In this document: one piece after another, positions 12,537 to 25,249 of the stretch
Layout of the letters: each line of letters begins with the position of its first letter
How positions within the stretch are numbered: position 1 is the stretch's first letter
NCBI GenBank assembly: GCA_043228905.1
Contig: JBHGNT010000208.1
Span: 1 to 52,475 of the forward strand
DNA length: 52,475 nucleotides
Reading direction: 5' to 3'
Origin: Azolla caroliniana
Taxonomy: Eukaryota > Plantae > Polypodiophyta
Notes under the pieces: generated by a model
The model's database searches: none
What the model saw: the letters and a program-made list of their open reading frames with translations, nothing else
What the model was told of the DNA's origin: nothing
Made by a program: the position numbers and the translations under genes

Positions 12537-12540
<4 letters not shown>
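12046..12540 (-). pseudogene. Fragment of a conserved uncharacterised plant gene (WEWH...Y(S/T)PExxYGNxF motif)
   Basis: VVQLIVSEEFKTLLQPNLG...HHVCVSFH...MWEWHSHI...YSPEHVYGNFFQPL resembles a land-plant unknown-function family I recall. The 5' part is frameshifted. Confidence 0.6.
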
Positions 12541-12578
<38 letters not shown>

Positions 12579-12614
12579 GTGATCTCTCTCTCCCCCCCCT
12601 CCTTTCTTCTTTTC

Positions 12615-13417
12615 TGTGATATGTGTGTTCTATATATGTGCATATGTATGCATTGTATCTGCTATATGTGTGGCCTCTGCATATGTAAGTATGTGATATG
12701 TGTGTATGTTCTATATATGTGCATATGTATGTATTGTATGTGCTATATGTGTGGCATCTGCATATGTAAGTATGTGATATGTGTGTATGTTCTATATATG
12801 TGGATATGTATGTATTGTATTTATTGTATGTGCTATATGTATGGCATGGGCATATGTAAGTATGTTCTATATATGTGCATATGTATGTATTGTATTTATT
12901 GTATGTGTGGCATGTGCATATGTAAGTATCTTCTATATATGTGCATATGTATGTATTGTATTTATTGTATGTATGGCATGTGCATATGTAAGTATCTTCT
13001 ATATATGTGCATATGTATGTATTTTATTTATTGTATGTATGGCATGTGCATATGTAAGTGTGTGATACGTGTGTGTGTTCTATACATGTGCATATGTATG
13101 TATTGTATATATTATATGTATGGCATGTGTGTATGTATCTTGTATATATATGTGTGTGTGTGTGTGTATGTTGTATATATTTGCATGTGTATATATATGT
13201 GTTGTGCGTATGTATGTACGTACATGTGTATATATGTATGTGTTGTGTGTATGTATGTATGTACATATTGTATAATTGTATTGTATATTGTATGCATGCC
13301 ATGTGTGTGTATGTACATATTGTATTGTATATATTGTGTGTATTGCATGTGAGTATGTAGGGTATGTGTTACGTGCTTGTGTGTATGTTCTATGTATGTG
13401 CATATGTATGTACATAT
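12615..13417. repeat. TA/TG-rich minisatellite (~66-bp unit in the left part)
   Basis: Reiterated TTCTATATATGTGCATATGTATGTATTGTA...GCATATGTAAG; continues at 32205 after the LTR insertion. Confidence 0.9.
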
Positions 13418-13877
13418 TGTTAATCCTTAGGGCCGGACAACAGCCTAACACAGGGTGTCCACTTAAGACACTTCACCAAAGGGTGTTACGGCGAGATAAC
13501 TTACGACACAATGCTTAATTGGACCTTAATCGGTTACTTAGTAATACTTCATTAACACGCGTAAGATATACAATAAGCACAGAACGGTGAACAATACTCA
13601 ATGATTAAACAAAAGGTTTATATTACTCTTCATTAATGACTACATTGTAACCGGGCCTTTATATAGGTCACCGGTGTGAAGTACAAAACAGTGCCAACCG
13701 GCACCTATTCGGGATCGGTCTGGATCCGGATCGGCATACCGATTCCGGTCCATCCGTCCACATTTTCTCATATATTAATATATTAAGACTAGTAATTACA
13801 ACAGATTCCCATATAACAATTCCCCTTTTCACACTCTGGTCTGGACATCTTCTAGCCCTCTTGTCGGCCGGGTAACA
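13418..13877 (-). repeat. 3' LTR of the pol-less element
   Basis: Near-identical to 31745-32204. Confidence 0.95.
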
Positions 13878-13879
13878 CA

Positions 13880-13896
13880 TGGCACACCCGTGGGAC
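13880..13896 (+). promoter_or_regulatory. Second PBS-like site (tRNA-Arg(TCT) 3'-end complement) at the PPT position
   Basis: TGGCACACCCGTGGGAC lies 2 nt from the LTR; the remembered plant tRNA-Arg(TCT) complement is TGGCACACCCGGTGGGAC. Confidence 0.7.
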
Positions 13897-13962
13897 AATA
13901 CCTTGTACGTCGAATCCACTATCCGGCCCTGTTACTCTTCGTCCAAAATGTCCATAATGCTT

Positions 13963-14298
13963 TGTTGGGAGACAGGTCCCTCCGGATGGGAAGGGAGAAG
14001 AACAATGCCGATGAACAGTGCCTCGGCCGAAACCGGATGAGGAGTACCCGGCTACGGAGAGCAGGATGGTCCAGACCCGGTATGAACCGGATGAGGAGTA
14101 CCCGGCTACGGAGAGCCGGATGGCGCAGACCCGATATGAACCGGATGAAGAGACATATTCGTAAATATGTTTCTGAGAGTCCATCGAGGCTATATTTGTA
14201 AATAGCCGAAAAGTCATATTAGTATAAATATGACTTAGGGCAAACTTTTTGCATGTGTTGTCATTGTCTGTTTTGCACGAGATCAGTGTGTGTAACTG

Positions 14299-14350
<52 letters not shown>

Positions 14351-14624
14351 GGTCGTTGCCTCTGTTGTAACCGCCGCCTGTGGCGAAGATCGTTAGCACG
14401 AGGTCGTTGCCTCCGTGAACTCACTGTTTGTACATTCTTACATAGTGACAGTTTGCAGCCTGTGGGCTGCCGTGGTTTTTCCCCCTAGTTTGGGGTTTTC
14501 CACGTAAACCTCCTGTGTATTTTCTCTCCTTTGTGTCGTGCATTTGTTTCCCGTTTTTTCTGTGAATGAGAAGAATCTCGATTGTGGCCGAGCGTTGGAC
14601 ATAAGGAGCGTTGATTTCCCGTCA
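13963..14624 (+). repeat. 5' LTR of nested copia
   Basis: TG...CA ends, internal ~51-bp tandem repeats and (GA)n. Confidence 0.95.
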
Positions 14625-14654
14625 AGTGGTATTAGAGCGAAACAACACAGAAAT

Positions 14655-17600
14655 ATGGACGAATCGTTTGGCGGCATGTTCAAGTTCACCAACTCCAACT
14701 ATTCGGTATGGAAGTCGAAGATGAGGGACATGCTCGTTGTTCAAGACCTTTGGCTGCCAGTTCAGTTCGAGGACAAGAGACCGGACAAAATCGACGCCGC
14801 GATATGGGAGGTGATGCACATGAAGACAACGGCGTACATACGGTGCTTTATCGACATGAGCCTGTACAACAACTTCAATGAAGAGAGCAAGGCTCATGAG
14901 CTCTGGGAGAAGATCGGCATAATGTTTCAAAACAAAAATGCTGTTAATCAGGTTTCGGTATTCCGGAAGCTAGTAAGACTCCGGTACCAAGATGGCTCCA
15001 GCATGGCGGAGCATATGAATGCCTTCCAGGGGCTGATACACCAGGCAACGTCATTGGAAGTACCTCTCGCCGATGAGGTACTAGCGCTACTCCTGCTCGG
15101 TTCCCTCCCGGATAGCTAGGAGACGTTGGTTGTCACTTTGGGCAACGCCGGGCCGGAAGGAAAGCGGTTATCCCTAGCAAGAGTAAAGTCGAGCTTGCTA
15201 GATGAGGAGGCGCGTCGGAAAGATAAGGATACGAGCTCCGACTCCAAAGCGCTCCTTACTGAATCGGAATGTGGAAGACATAGAAACCGTAGTCCCCAGA
15301 ACCAGGAGAAGTCAGGGACACGGTCAAAGTCAAGGGAGAGGCCTACTTGCTTCTATTCCGGCAAGCCGGGACACTTCCAGAAGAACTGTCGGCACCTCCG
15401 TAAAGACAAGGATACTGATGGTACCGATTCGAAGCGGACCCCGGACCGGAACAGTAAAGACCGGAAGGGACGGACTGGAAGGGAACGACGACAATCATGG
15501 CAAGTGAAGAAGAGTTGATGCTCATCACTGAGGAGAGTGAGATAAACCTTGCCCGCGACGAGATGACCTGGGTGGTAGACTCCGGAGCGTCGTTCCACCT
15601 TACTCCGGACCGGAAATGCTTCTCATCCTACTCAGCCGGTGATCACGGCTGTGTCCGGATGGGGAATGAAGGTACATGCCGAATTGTCGGCATTGGAGAC
15701 GTGTGGCTGTCGACACCAACCGGGTGCGAGCTGCTACTGAGGGATGTCTGACACGTTCCGGAGGTTCGTCTGAACCTGATATCAGCCGGTCGGCTAGATT
15801 ATGAAGGCTACACGGGTAGCATCCGAAACGGTGTCATGAAGTTCAGCAAAGGGAGCCTGATTGTGGCTCGGGCCTGGAAGGTAAACACCTTGTACCTGAT
15901 GAATGCCCGGTTATGCCCGGAAGAAGTGAACGTGGCATCCGACACTGTCGGTGAGCTGTGGCACAAGAGGCTGTGTCACATGAGCGAGAAGGGGATGAAG
16001 AGGCTTGCAGACGACAACCTCATTCTAGTGAAGAACGTGCACTTGGAGAAGTGCACTGATTGTCTGGCCGGTAAGCAAAACCGGACCTCCTTCCGATCAA
16101 GGCCACCGATGAGACGTAATGCACCACTGGAGTTGGTGCATACGGATGTGTGTCAGGTAGACACGAAGTCACATGCCGGAGCGCAGTACTTCGTGACGTT
16201 CATAGATGACCACAGTCGGAAGTTGTGGGCCACACCGTTGAAGACGAAGGATCAGGTGTTATCCGTCTTCAGAGAGCTCCATGCGAGAGTGGAAAGAGAA
16301 ACCGGCCGGAAGCTAAAGGCGGTTCGAGCAGATAACGGAGGAGAGTACCGGGGGCAGTTCGAGGAGTACTGCCGCTCGAAGGGAATCCGGCTCGAATTTA
16401 CTGTGCCGAAGACGCCGGAACTGAACGGACTGGCCGAGAGGATGAACCGGACCATAATGGAGAGGGTCCGGAGTATGCTAGCGCATGCAAAACTACCCAA
16501 GAAGTTTTGGGCTGAGGCACTGTCGATGACGACATATGTGATAAATAGATCACCCTCAGTACCCTTGGACGGAGACACGTCACAGAGAGTGTGGACCGGT
16601 AAGGAAGTATCCTACCGGCATCTAAAGGTGTTCGGGTGTCTCGCATACGTGCATGTAGCTAAGGACCGAAGAGGAAAGTTAGATCCAAAAACCCGGCCAT
16701 GCATATTCCTCGGCTACGGTGATGATGAGTTCGGCTACCGAGTGTGGGACCTGGTCGACAAGAAGGTATTCTGGAGTCGAGATATTATCTTCATGGAGAA
16801 CAAGACGCTTGTCGACTGGGAGTCGGAGAAGAAGATAATGAACTCCGAGTCGACCGGTAAGGACCGACTCTACGATGAGCAGACCCAACCGACAAGAGAT
16901 CGGCTGGCACTCGAGGGACCAGCCGGTTACGGTGAGGATACCGAACAGGCTGAAGAAGAAGTAGAGGAAGCTGAAACCGGAACCGGCCAAGACCCCGAAT
17001 CGGATTCGGATGAAGAGCAGATGGATGAGCCGGTTACCGAAGCCCGAAGACGGAGATATCCTCTCAGGGAGAGAAGGGCGCCCCGGAGATTTCCGGATAC
17101 AGAGCATGTTCTGCTGACCGATGAGGGGGAGCCGGAAAGCTTCGAAGAAGCGAAGGAAGACACCCACAGCCGAAAATGGTTAAGTGCCATGCAGGACGAG
17201 ATGGATTCCCTGCATGAGAACCATACGTACGAATTGGTGGAGTTGTCGAAAGGAAAGCGGGCACTCCGAAACAAGTGGGTGTATAAGTTGAAACCGGGAG
17301 ATGCCGGCAAACCCCCGAGATACAAAGCCAGGATCGTGGTGAAGGGGTTCCAGCAGAAGAAGGGCGTGGACTTCGACGAGATATTTGCCCCGGTAGTAAA
17401 GATGACCTCCATCCGGACGGTGCTGAGTATGGCGGCAAGCATGGACCTCGAGGTAGAGCAACTAGACGTGAAGACGACATTCCTTCACGGTGACCTCGAA
17501 GAGGAGATCTATATGCAGCAACGGGAAGGATTCGTGGAGAAAGGGAAGGAGCACTTGGTTTGCCGGTTGAAGAAGAGCCTCTACGGGTTAAAGCAGGCCC

Positions 17601-18687
17601 CCCGGCAATGGTACAGGAAGTTCGATTCCTTCATGGCTGATCAAGGGTACCACAAGACGCAGGCCGACCACTGCGTGTTTGTGAAGAAGTTCGAAGGAGG
17701 CGACTTCCTGATACTCCTTCTGTACGTGGACGACATGTTGATCGTCGGACGGGACCAAGTCAAAATTCGGATGCTGAAGAAGGCTCTCAACCGGACCTTC
17801 TCAATGAAAGACTTGGGTCCGGGAAGACAGATGTTGGGGATGCACATCATCCGGAACCGGTCAGCGAAGCAATTATGGCTGTCACAGGAGAAGTATGTGA
17901 CAAAGGTGCTTCACCGGTTCAACATGTCAGATGCGAAACCGGTCGGATCGACACTTCCGGCAAACTGCAAGCTATCCGGTAAGCAAAGCCTGAAGACGAA
18001 AGCAAAGAAGGCGGATATGATGAAAATTCCATATGCCTCTGCCGTCGGGAGCTTGATGTACGCAATGGTTTGTACTCGACCGGATATAGGATACGCAGTC
18101 GGAGTGGTGAGCCGGTTCATGAGTAATCTTGGCAAGGAGCACTGGAACGCGGTCAAATGGATACTCCGGTATTTGAAGGGCACCTCAAATATGTGTCTTC
18201 GATTCAGCTCCGGAAAACCTCAACTGGATGGTTTCACCGATTTGGACATGTCGGCTGATGTGGATACCAGCCGGTCTACATCCGGGTATGTAATGACATA
18301 TGTAGGGGGAGCTGTTTCGTGGCAGTCGAGGCTGCAGAAGACGGTTGCATTGTCAACCACGGAGGCGGAGTACTTGGTAGCTGTCGAAGCCGGCAAGGAA
18401 ATTTTATGGATGAAGGACTTCATCGGAGAGCTCGGTATATGGCAAGAGGAATACTGACTCTATTGCAACAGTCAAAGTGCCATCCACCTTGCTAAGAATG
18501 CGGCCTACCATTCTCGGACGAAGCATATCACTGGATCCGGGAAAGAGTAGATGACCAGGAGTTCGCATTGACGAAGATCCACACGGCCGAGAACGAGTCA
18601 GATATGCTGACCAAAGTGCTGACACCCGACAAGCTGGACGCATGCCGGAAGAGGATCGGACTGGTAAGACACCCCATGCCGGAGTGA
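14655..18687 (+). pseudogene. Copia gag-pol with premature stops and frameshifts
   Basis: Gag (NYSVWKSKM, LLGSLPDS*), protease VVDSGAS, integrase (HTDVC, RADNGGEY), RT YVDDML, RNase H STTEAEY. Stops at ~15117, ~15749 and ~18455. Confidence 0.95.
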
Positions 18688-18697
18688 AGGGGGATTT

Positions 18698-19329
18698 TGT
18701 TGGAAGACAGGTCCCTCCGGATGGGAAGGGAGAAGAACAGTGCCGATGATCGGCCTCGACCGAAACCGGATGAGGAGTACCCGGCTACGGAGAGCCGGAT
18801 GGTGCAGACCCGGTATGAACTGGATGAGGAGTACCCGGCTACGGAGAGCCGGATGACGCAGACCCGGTATGAACCGGATGAAGAGACATATTCGTAAATA
18901 TGTTTATGAGAGTCCATCGAGGCTATATTTGTAAATAGCCGAAAAGTCATATTAGTATAAATATGACTTAGGGCAAACTTTTTGCATGTGTTGTCATTGT
19001 CTGTTTTGCACGAGATCAGTGTGTGTAACTGTACAGAGAGAGAGAGAGAGAACGAGGTTGTTGCCTCTATTGTAACCGCCGCCTGTGGCGAAGACCGTTA
19101 GCACGAGGTCGTTGCCTCCGTGAACTCACTGTTTGTACATTCTTACATAGTGACAGTTTGCAGCCTGTGGGCTGCCGTGGTTTTTTCCCCTAGTTTGGGG
19201 TTTTCCACGTAAACCTCCTGTGTATTTTCTCTCCTTTGTGTCGTGCATTTGTTTCCCGTTTTTTCTGTGAATGAGAAGAATCTCGGTTGTGGCCGAGCGT
19301 TGGACATAAGGAGCGTTGAGTTCCCGTCA
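18698..19329 (+). repeat. 3' LTR of nested copia
   Basis: Matches 13963-14624. Confidence 0.95.
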
Positions 19330-19334
19330 TGCTT

Positions 19335-20392
19335 TGCTCCAGAGTTTCCAATGGCTCGATGGGAATCTATTGTTGCTGTTGTGGCTACTGTGGTGGCTGC
19401 TGTTGTGGCTGCTTCGACTCCGGCTATGACTCCGATTGTTGCTCTGGCACCGGCGTTTCCTTCATTGTTTCCTCCGTCGGAGTTGTCTCTGGTTGACTTA
19501 CCCCAGCCTGGTCTCCGTCTGGTCCTTGTACCGGCGATGGTTCCTCATCACTGAGGTTGACTGTTGCCGCCTGCCTTGCTTTTTCTTCCCTAAGCCGGGA
19601 CCGCTCATAGCTCTCAAACTGGATTTGAGCATCCATCCGATCGTCGTCCAATTGAGCTATGAGTTGCTGGACCTGCACCAATTGCTCATCCGCCAGAGCT
19701 GTGAAATCTTCTACCAGCTCATCCTTTATGGCGGTGAAGTCCTCCGATGTGAGCATGTAACAGTTGTCACCTTCCTTCCACCGGTTTTCCACGTTCGCCC
19801 TAAGCAACTGGAGTTCAGCCGTATTCTGCACCCATTTCGTCCACCATCGCACGGAGCTCTAGTCAATCAAGCGTTTGGTCTTGTTTAGCCATGCCCGGAG
19901 GATGCACTAGATCTGCTCGGTTCCCATCTGTGATTTGTTCTCCGCGGCTTGTCGCTCCTCTTTCAATTGCTTGATGATTCTGACCGTGTCCGCCCCCTAC
20001 TCCCTATAATGCGACAATTGACTTTGATATGTTGTTTGCAACTTCTATAACACCATTGTCGCCCTCTCCTTTTCTTCATGGTGCTGCTTGTAGAGCTCCA
20101 TCCGGTCCCTCGTCGCTTCCTCCAATAGCTTTGTATTCTCAGCCCGTTCGTCGGCGAGTGCCGTCGTGGCCCGATCAACTTCCTGCCGGAGCTCGGCCAT
20201 CCTTTCCTGCTGTTGCTTATGCTCCGTGTCCAAGCTCTTAAAGTTCCGGTGCAGGTGGTCGAAGTCCTCTGTCTTCTGCTTCAGCCTTTGGTTGATTTGC
20301 CGGCAAGTGAGGTCTTCCCGGTCCTTTTGTTGACGGAGTTCTTCTTTCAGCCTTTCGATTTCCATTTCCACCATCCGTCGCAGCTTGTCCTT
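19335..20392 (-). pseudogene. Distal part of the coiled-coil ORF of the pol-less LTR element
   Basis: E/Q/K/R-rich heptad-like sequence. The frame rejoins the 30944+ segment across the Sola2 TSD (..EKDKLRR..). Scattered stops. Confidence 0.75.
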
Positions 20393-20719
20393 GGGTGAAA
20401 GCATGCGAGTGGAAACAATTAGCTATGTCCTTGACATAGCTAATTAGCTATGCAAAAAGCTACCATTGATAAATAGTCATTTTAGTAAAAAGCCATCATT
20501 AATAAATTAACTATGCAAAAAACTACCACTAAAAATATTAGAGTGTTTTAATTACATATGTAAATGAGTGCCACAAATGTGCAACATAAACGTGCAACAT
20601 AAATTGATATGTGCACCATAAATGTGTACCATAAATTATATATCGAATTCCTAGGTCCATTATGCATGATCCTTTGGCACATCACGTAGGCCATCTCTAG
20701 TTGAGTATTGTGGGTTATG

Positions 20720-21210
20720 CCGCCACTCTACACTCAGGGGCCGCTACTGTGCGTTCCAAGCATCATCAAAGAGCTGCTCAATCTGACGGGGTTCTCTTCT
20801 CTCTGACACTCTACACTCAGGGGCCGCTACTGTGCGTTCCAAGCATAATCAAAGATCTGTTCAATCTGACGAGGTTCTCTTCTCTGTGCCACTCTACACT
20901 CAAGGGCCGCTACTGTGCCTTCCAAGCATCATCAAAGAGCTATTCAATCTGACGGGGTTCTCTTCTCTGTGCCACTCTACACTCAGGGGCCGCTACTGTG
21001 TGTTCCAAGCATCATCAAAGAGCTATTCAATCTGACGGGGTTCTCTTCGATGTGCCACTCTACACTCAGGGGCCGCTACTGTGTGTTCCAAGCATCATCG
21101 GTAACTGTTCAATCTAACGGGGTTCTCTTCTTTGTGCCACTCTACTCTCAGGTGCCTTCTCTGTTCGTTCCAAGCATCATCGGTAACTGTTCAATCTGAC
21201 GGGGTTCTCT
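20720..21210. repeat. ~83-bp subterminal tandem repeat, about 6 copies
   Basis: Unit CCACTCTACACTCAGGGGCCGCTACTGTG..TTCCAAGCATCATCAAAGAGCT.TTCAATCTGACGGGGTTCTCTTC. Confidence 0.9.
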
Positions 21211-21543
21211 CCTCCATTGCCATCATTCTACACTCAATTGCCGCTATTGTCCAGTCCTGGATTGCTTCCACATTTCGATTTGACGGAGTTCACTCATCCA
21301 ACGGCAACATTCTACACTCAGTTGTCGCCATTGGTCGGTCCTGGATCGCCTCCTCAACTGTTCGATCCAACGGAGTGAACTCCTCTACTGTTTGGTCTTG
21401 GATTGCAATAACTTTTCTGTCCATTGATTATCTTGTGTATTGTTGTGTCTAATCTTGTGTATTGTGGAATATTTTTGTGTATTGTTGTTGCCCATAGCCA
21501 TCTTAAATACTTGTTTTTTTTTCTGGAAATTTAGGGTTTTAAC

Positions 21544-24500
21544 ATGTCCAGCCAAATGGAAGGGGAAGAAGGGTGTTTAGAATTACCCCTCAATGATCAT
21601 AAGGATAGGGATGATGCTATCAGGACACAACAAGCCATACGAACCTATTAGGCAGAAAAAAAAAGGAAACATCGTCAATTGTTGAAGGATACAAAAACCA
21701 CACTCAGTAAAGGTAAGGATAGTTTAGCTGAGAATGTAAGTAATGCGACTACCATCATAGAGAGAAAGGTTGTACACTATTTCAATGTTCAAACCAAGCA
21801 CATCAGCAATGAAGAAAAGAAGGTAGTACTTTATGGAATATGTAATGATCCATCGATAAAGGACTTAGTTGATTGTGATGGTCTTAATGCAAACATATCA
21901 TCTATTTTAGTAAATAATCTTCGTAATAGTTTCGTATCCATGAGCGGGTCAGAAGATGATCTTGTCTTAAAAAGGTCTAGTCTAATGATGTTACTTAATA
22001 GTGATGTTGACGATATAAACATCAGTGAGCTATCTAAGGTAATTGGTGTTAGTAGAAAAACAGTGTTCGATACAATGAACCGTATAATTTCCTTGGGTGA
22101 AGGAACTAGTCTACTAAAGCTAACTACAAGATGTAAGCCAATGACACCCATAACATTTGAAATCAAGGATGTAATCACAATATTTTGGACTAATGAGAGT
22201 AGGGTTTCACCCAATAAAAAGGATTTATGCAGGAAACGTGTTGGAAGAAATTAATACGAGGAGCATCCCATTCATCTTCTTGATGTACCTCAGGTATTTA
22301 CATTTATCTCAACATTTGTTTTGACTCTACACGGAAAGTTAATTAGCTCAGTTAGCAGAAAAGCTAATTAGCTTATCAGTTACATTTACCTCTGTTAGCT
22401 ACTAGGATAGCTACTACATAGGTAACTAGCTACTCTCAATAGCTACTACCATGATAGCTAATTAGCTATTCTCAATAGCTAATTTAGGTACTACCAGATA
22501 ATTAGCTGTCCTGGTAGCTAGTTAGCTATCATGGTAGCTAGTTAGCTATTTCGTTATTACCAGCTAATTAGCTACTAGGAAAGCTAATTAGCTACCATGT
22601 TAGCTAATTAGCTTGCTAGGACAACTAATTAGCCACCGTGATAGCTAATTAGCTACTAGACCAACTAATTAGCTACCATGATAGCTAATTAGTTACTAGG
22701 AAAGCTAATTAGCTACCATGATAGCTAATTAGCTACTAGGACAACTAATTAGCCACCATGATAGCTAATTAGCTAATAGACTAGCTAATTAGCTACCATG
22801 ATAGCTAATTAGTTACTAGGAAAGCTAATTAGCCACCATGATAGCTAATTAGCTACTAGACCAGCTAATTAGCTACCATGATAGCTAATTAGCTTACTAG
22901 GACAACTAATTAGCCACCGTGATAGCTAATTAGCTACTAGATCAGCTAATTAGCTACCATGATAGCTAATTAGTTACTAGGAAAGCTAATTAGCTACCAT
23001 GATAGCTAATTAGTTACTAGGAAAGCTAATTAGCTACCATGATAGCTAATTAGCTACTAGGACAACTAATTAGCCACCATGATAGCTAATTAGCTACTAG
23101 ACCATCTAATTAGCTACTAGACCAACTAATTAGCTACCATGATAGCTAATTAGTTACTAGGAAAGCTAATTAGCCACCATGATAGCTAATTAGCTACTAG
23201 ACCAGCTAATTAGCTACCATGATAGCTAATTAGCTACTAGAATAACTAATTAGCTACCATGATAGCTAATTAGCTACTAGGACAGCTAATTAGCTACCAT
23301 GATAGCTAATAAGCTACTAGAATAGCTAATTAGCTACTAGAATATCTAATTAGCTACTAGGATAGTTAGCTAGTTACGAGAATAACTAATTCCCCTTTAT
23401 TACACAGGTCGATTTATTTATTAGGTTCAAACAAATGCATCCAACTATCAAAGTTCAACTACGAACATTCGAGTCTCTTAAGCCACACTTTGTGAGACGC
23501 TTAAAGGACCGATACACATGTTGTTGCATTTACCATGTACAGATGGGTTTTCTGAAGGACTCTGTTAATCTACTATGTTACCATAGCGCATCCCTAACTA
23601 ATACAGTTTGCACATGTGGGTGCACAATCTGTTGATCAAGCCCGCAAGAGGAGTGTAAATCATTTGAGCACGTTATCTCTTCCATGAGTTATTTATTAGA
23701 TTCAATATTGTGTCCGAGAGAAACTGACGCTATCTTCCATATTCATAAATGTGTCATGGGTTTATGTCAAGATTGTGGCCCTACTAGATTTAGGTGGTGT
23801 CCAAATGAATTGAGTAGTGAAATATTGATCTCTGTGAAGTTCTTTGAGTCAGTGAACACCAATTTCGAAGGAAAGGTGTGTAAAAGAAAGGATCTAGTTC
23901 GGAAGATGCTTAAACCAAGGGATTTGGTGTCTCTTTTTGTAGTATCTCTAGGAAAGTTCATTAAACACAACTTCATTTATTCATGGCAGGCCCATCAGTT
24001 TAAGACTTGCATATTTGATTTCCCAAATGATGTAGTAGTCTCAGTAGTAGATTTCACAGAGAATTATACTTTCAAGCAGCAGAATGAAATTCAATCTATG
24101 CATTGGTGTTCAGTTCAGGTAACCATTTTTGTGCACATAACATATTTTCGAGTTTCAGGTGATGTTAAAAAAGTAATTCATTTCTTTATTTCCGATGATA
24201 TGAAGCATGATACCTTGTTCGTCCAACACTGTTTTAAGTTACATTGGCAGTGGTTATTAGCTCAACGTTTGGAGCTTACTGAACATTAGGTCTGGTCTGA
24301 CGGAGCTGCGTCACAATTCAAGGCTCGACGTCCATTTTATTTTGTGGGGAGGTATCCTGCTATAACAGGTTTGGAGATGAGATGGAATTTTTTTGGGTCT
24401 GGCCATGGTAAAGGTGAACATGATGGTGCAGGGGCTGTTATAAAGCGGGCACTTACCCATGAACAACTAAAGACAGATGGTGTGCACATGAATTGTGCAT

Positions 24501-25249
24501 CACATGTAGTTGAATTTTTAAGAACAAATATGTCAACGAGTGCAACAGGTGTTTATTCCTCGCAAGTCCGAGATATCAAACGTGAATTTTGGGAAGTGAA
24601 GATAGATGAAGTAAATAGGGAGAAGACCTGGGAGTGCCAAGGAATTCCCGAATTGCGATCTCTGCATGCTGTTCACGGTTATTCCAGGTTGGATGGTCAT
24701 TGTATTGCGGTTAGAGAATTGACTTGTTTTTGCTTCCATTGTGTGCAGGAAAATTGGAGATATTGTCTAAACAAAGCATACATTTAGAATTGGGAGTATC
24801 ACACTCTGAATGATAAGGAAGCAGTTGATGGAGAAACAGGGCAGAATGCTGACTTCACATATGAGGGACTTGGAGATACTTTGAGTGATGTCCTGAATGT
24901 TGGGGATAACTTCGTTGTAAATGCTGAAGAAGGCAATTCAGAGGGTGCTGATTTCTATATATTGAAGTGCACGGTTAGTAAACAGTGTGCAAGGCAGAAT
25001 ATTGTAGATGCATGGGGAAATTTTGTATCTGCCGAGACATTCTACATCGAAGGCATTTTTTATGCAAAACTAGATGACTACGAATATGTGTACAGGCTGT
25101 TAGAAGACAAACCAGCGGCGTACATGTACTCTCGTTTGGTCAGGTGCATCAACGTCCCAATGTCAGAATACAATAGCTGCTCAGGTTTATACACTGTTGG
25201 TGCTAATGTGTATGAATGTATTTACAATAGTATGCCATGGAATTTGTAG
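21544..25249 (+). pseudogene. Sola2-like DDD transposase, 2 exons (21544-22293, 23408-25249), five in-frame stops
   Basis: A phase-0 GT-AG intron joins HLLDVPQ|VDLFIRF. Motifs: TCCCIYH, VDFTENY, EIQSMHW..QVT, FISDDMKHD, WSDGAASQFK, WNFFGSGHGKGEHDGAGAVIKR. Confidence 0.88.
22340..23390. repeat. Intronic array of palindromic TAGCTAATTAGCTA (~21/42-bp period)
   Basis: Visible in sequence; fills the transposase intron. Confidence 0.95.

Larger units (their letters stand above)
13963..19329 (+). mobile_element. Full-length, mutated Ty1/copia element
   Basis: LTRs 13963-14624 and 18698-19329 differ mainly in (GA)n length. TSD TGCTT, PBS TGGTATTAGAGC (iMet) at 14627-14638, PPT at ~18686-18694. Confidence 0.97.

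Noticed and set aside
12579-13518. Cys/Tyr/Val/Met- or His/Thr-rich ORFs (also 9929-10307 and 32156-33336)
   Set aside because: They are translations of TA/TG microsatellite tracts, not proteins.
22340-23390. CRISPR-like appearance of palindromic repeats
   Set aside because: Spacers are ~7 nt and repetitive, there are no cas genes, and the context is a eukaryotic intron.
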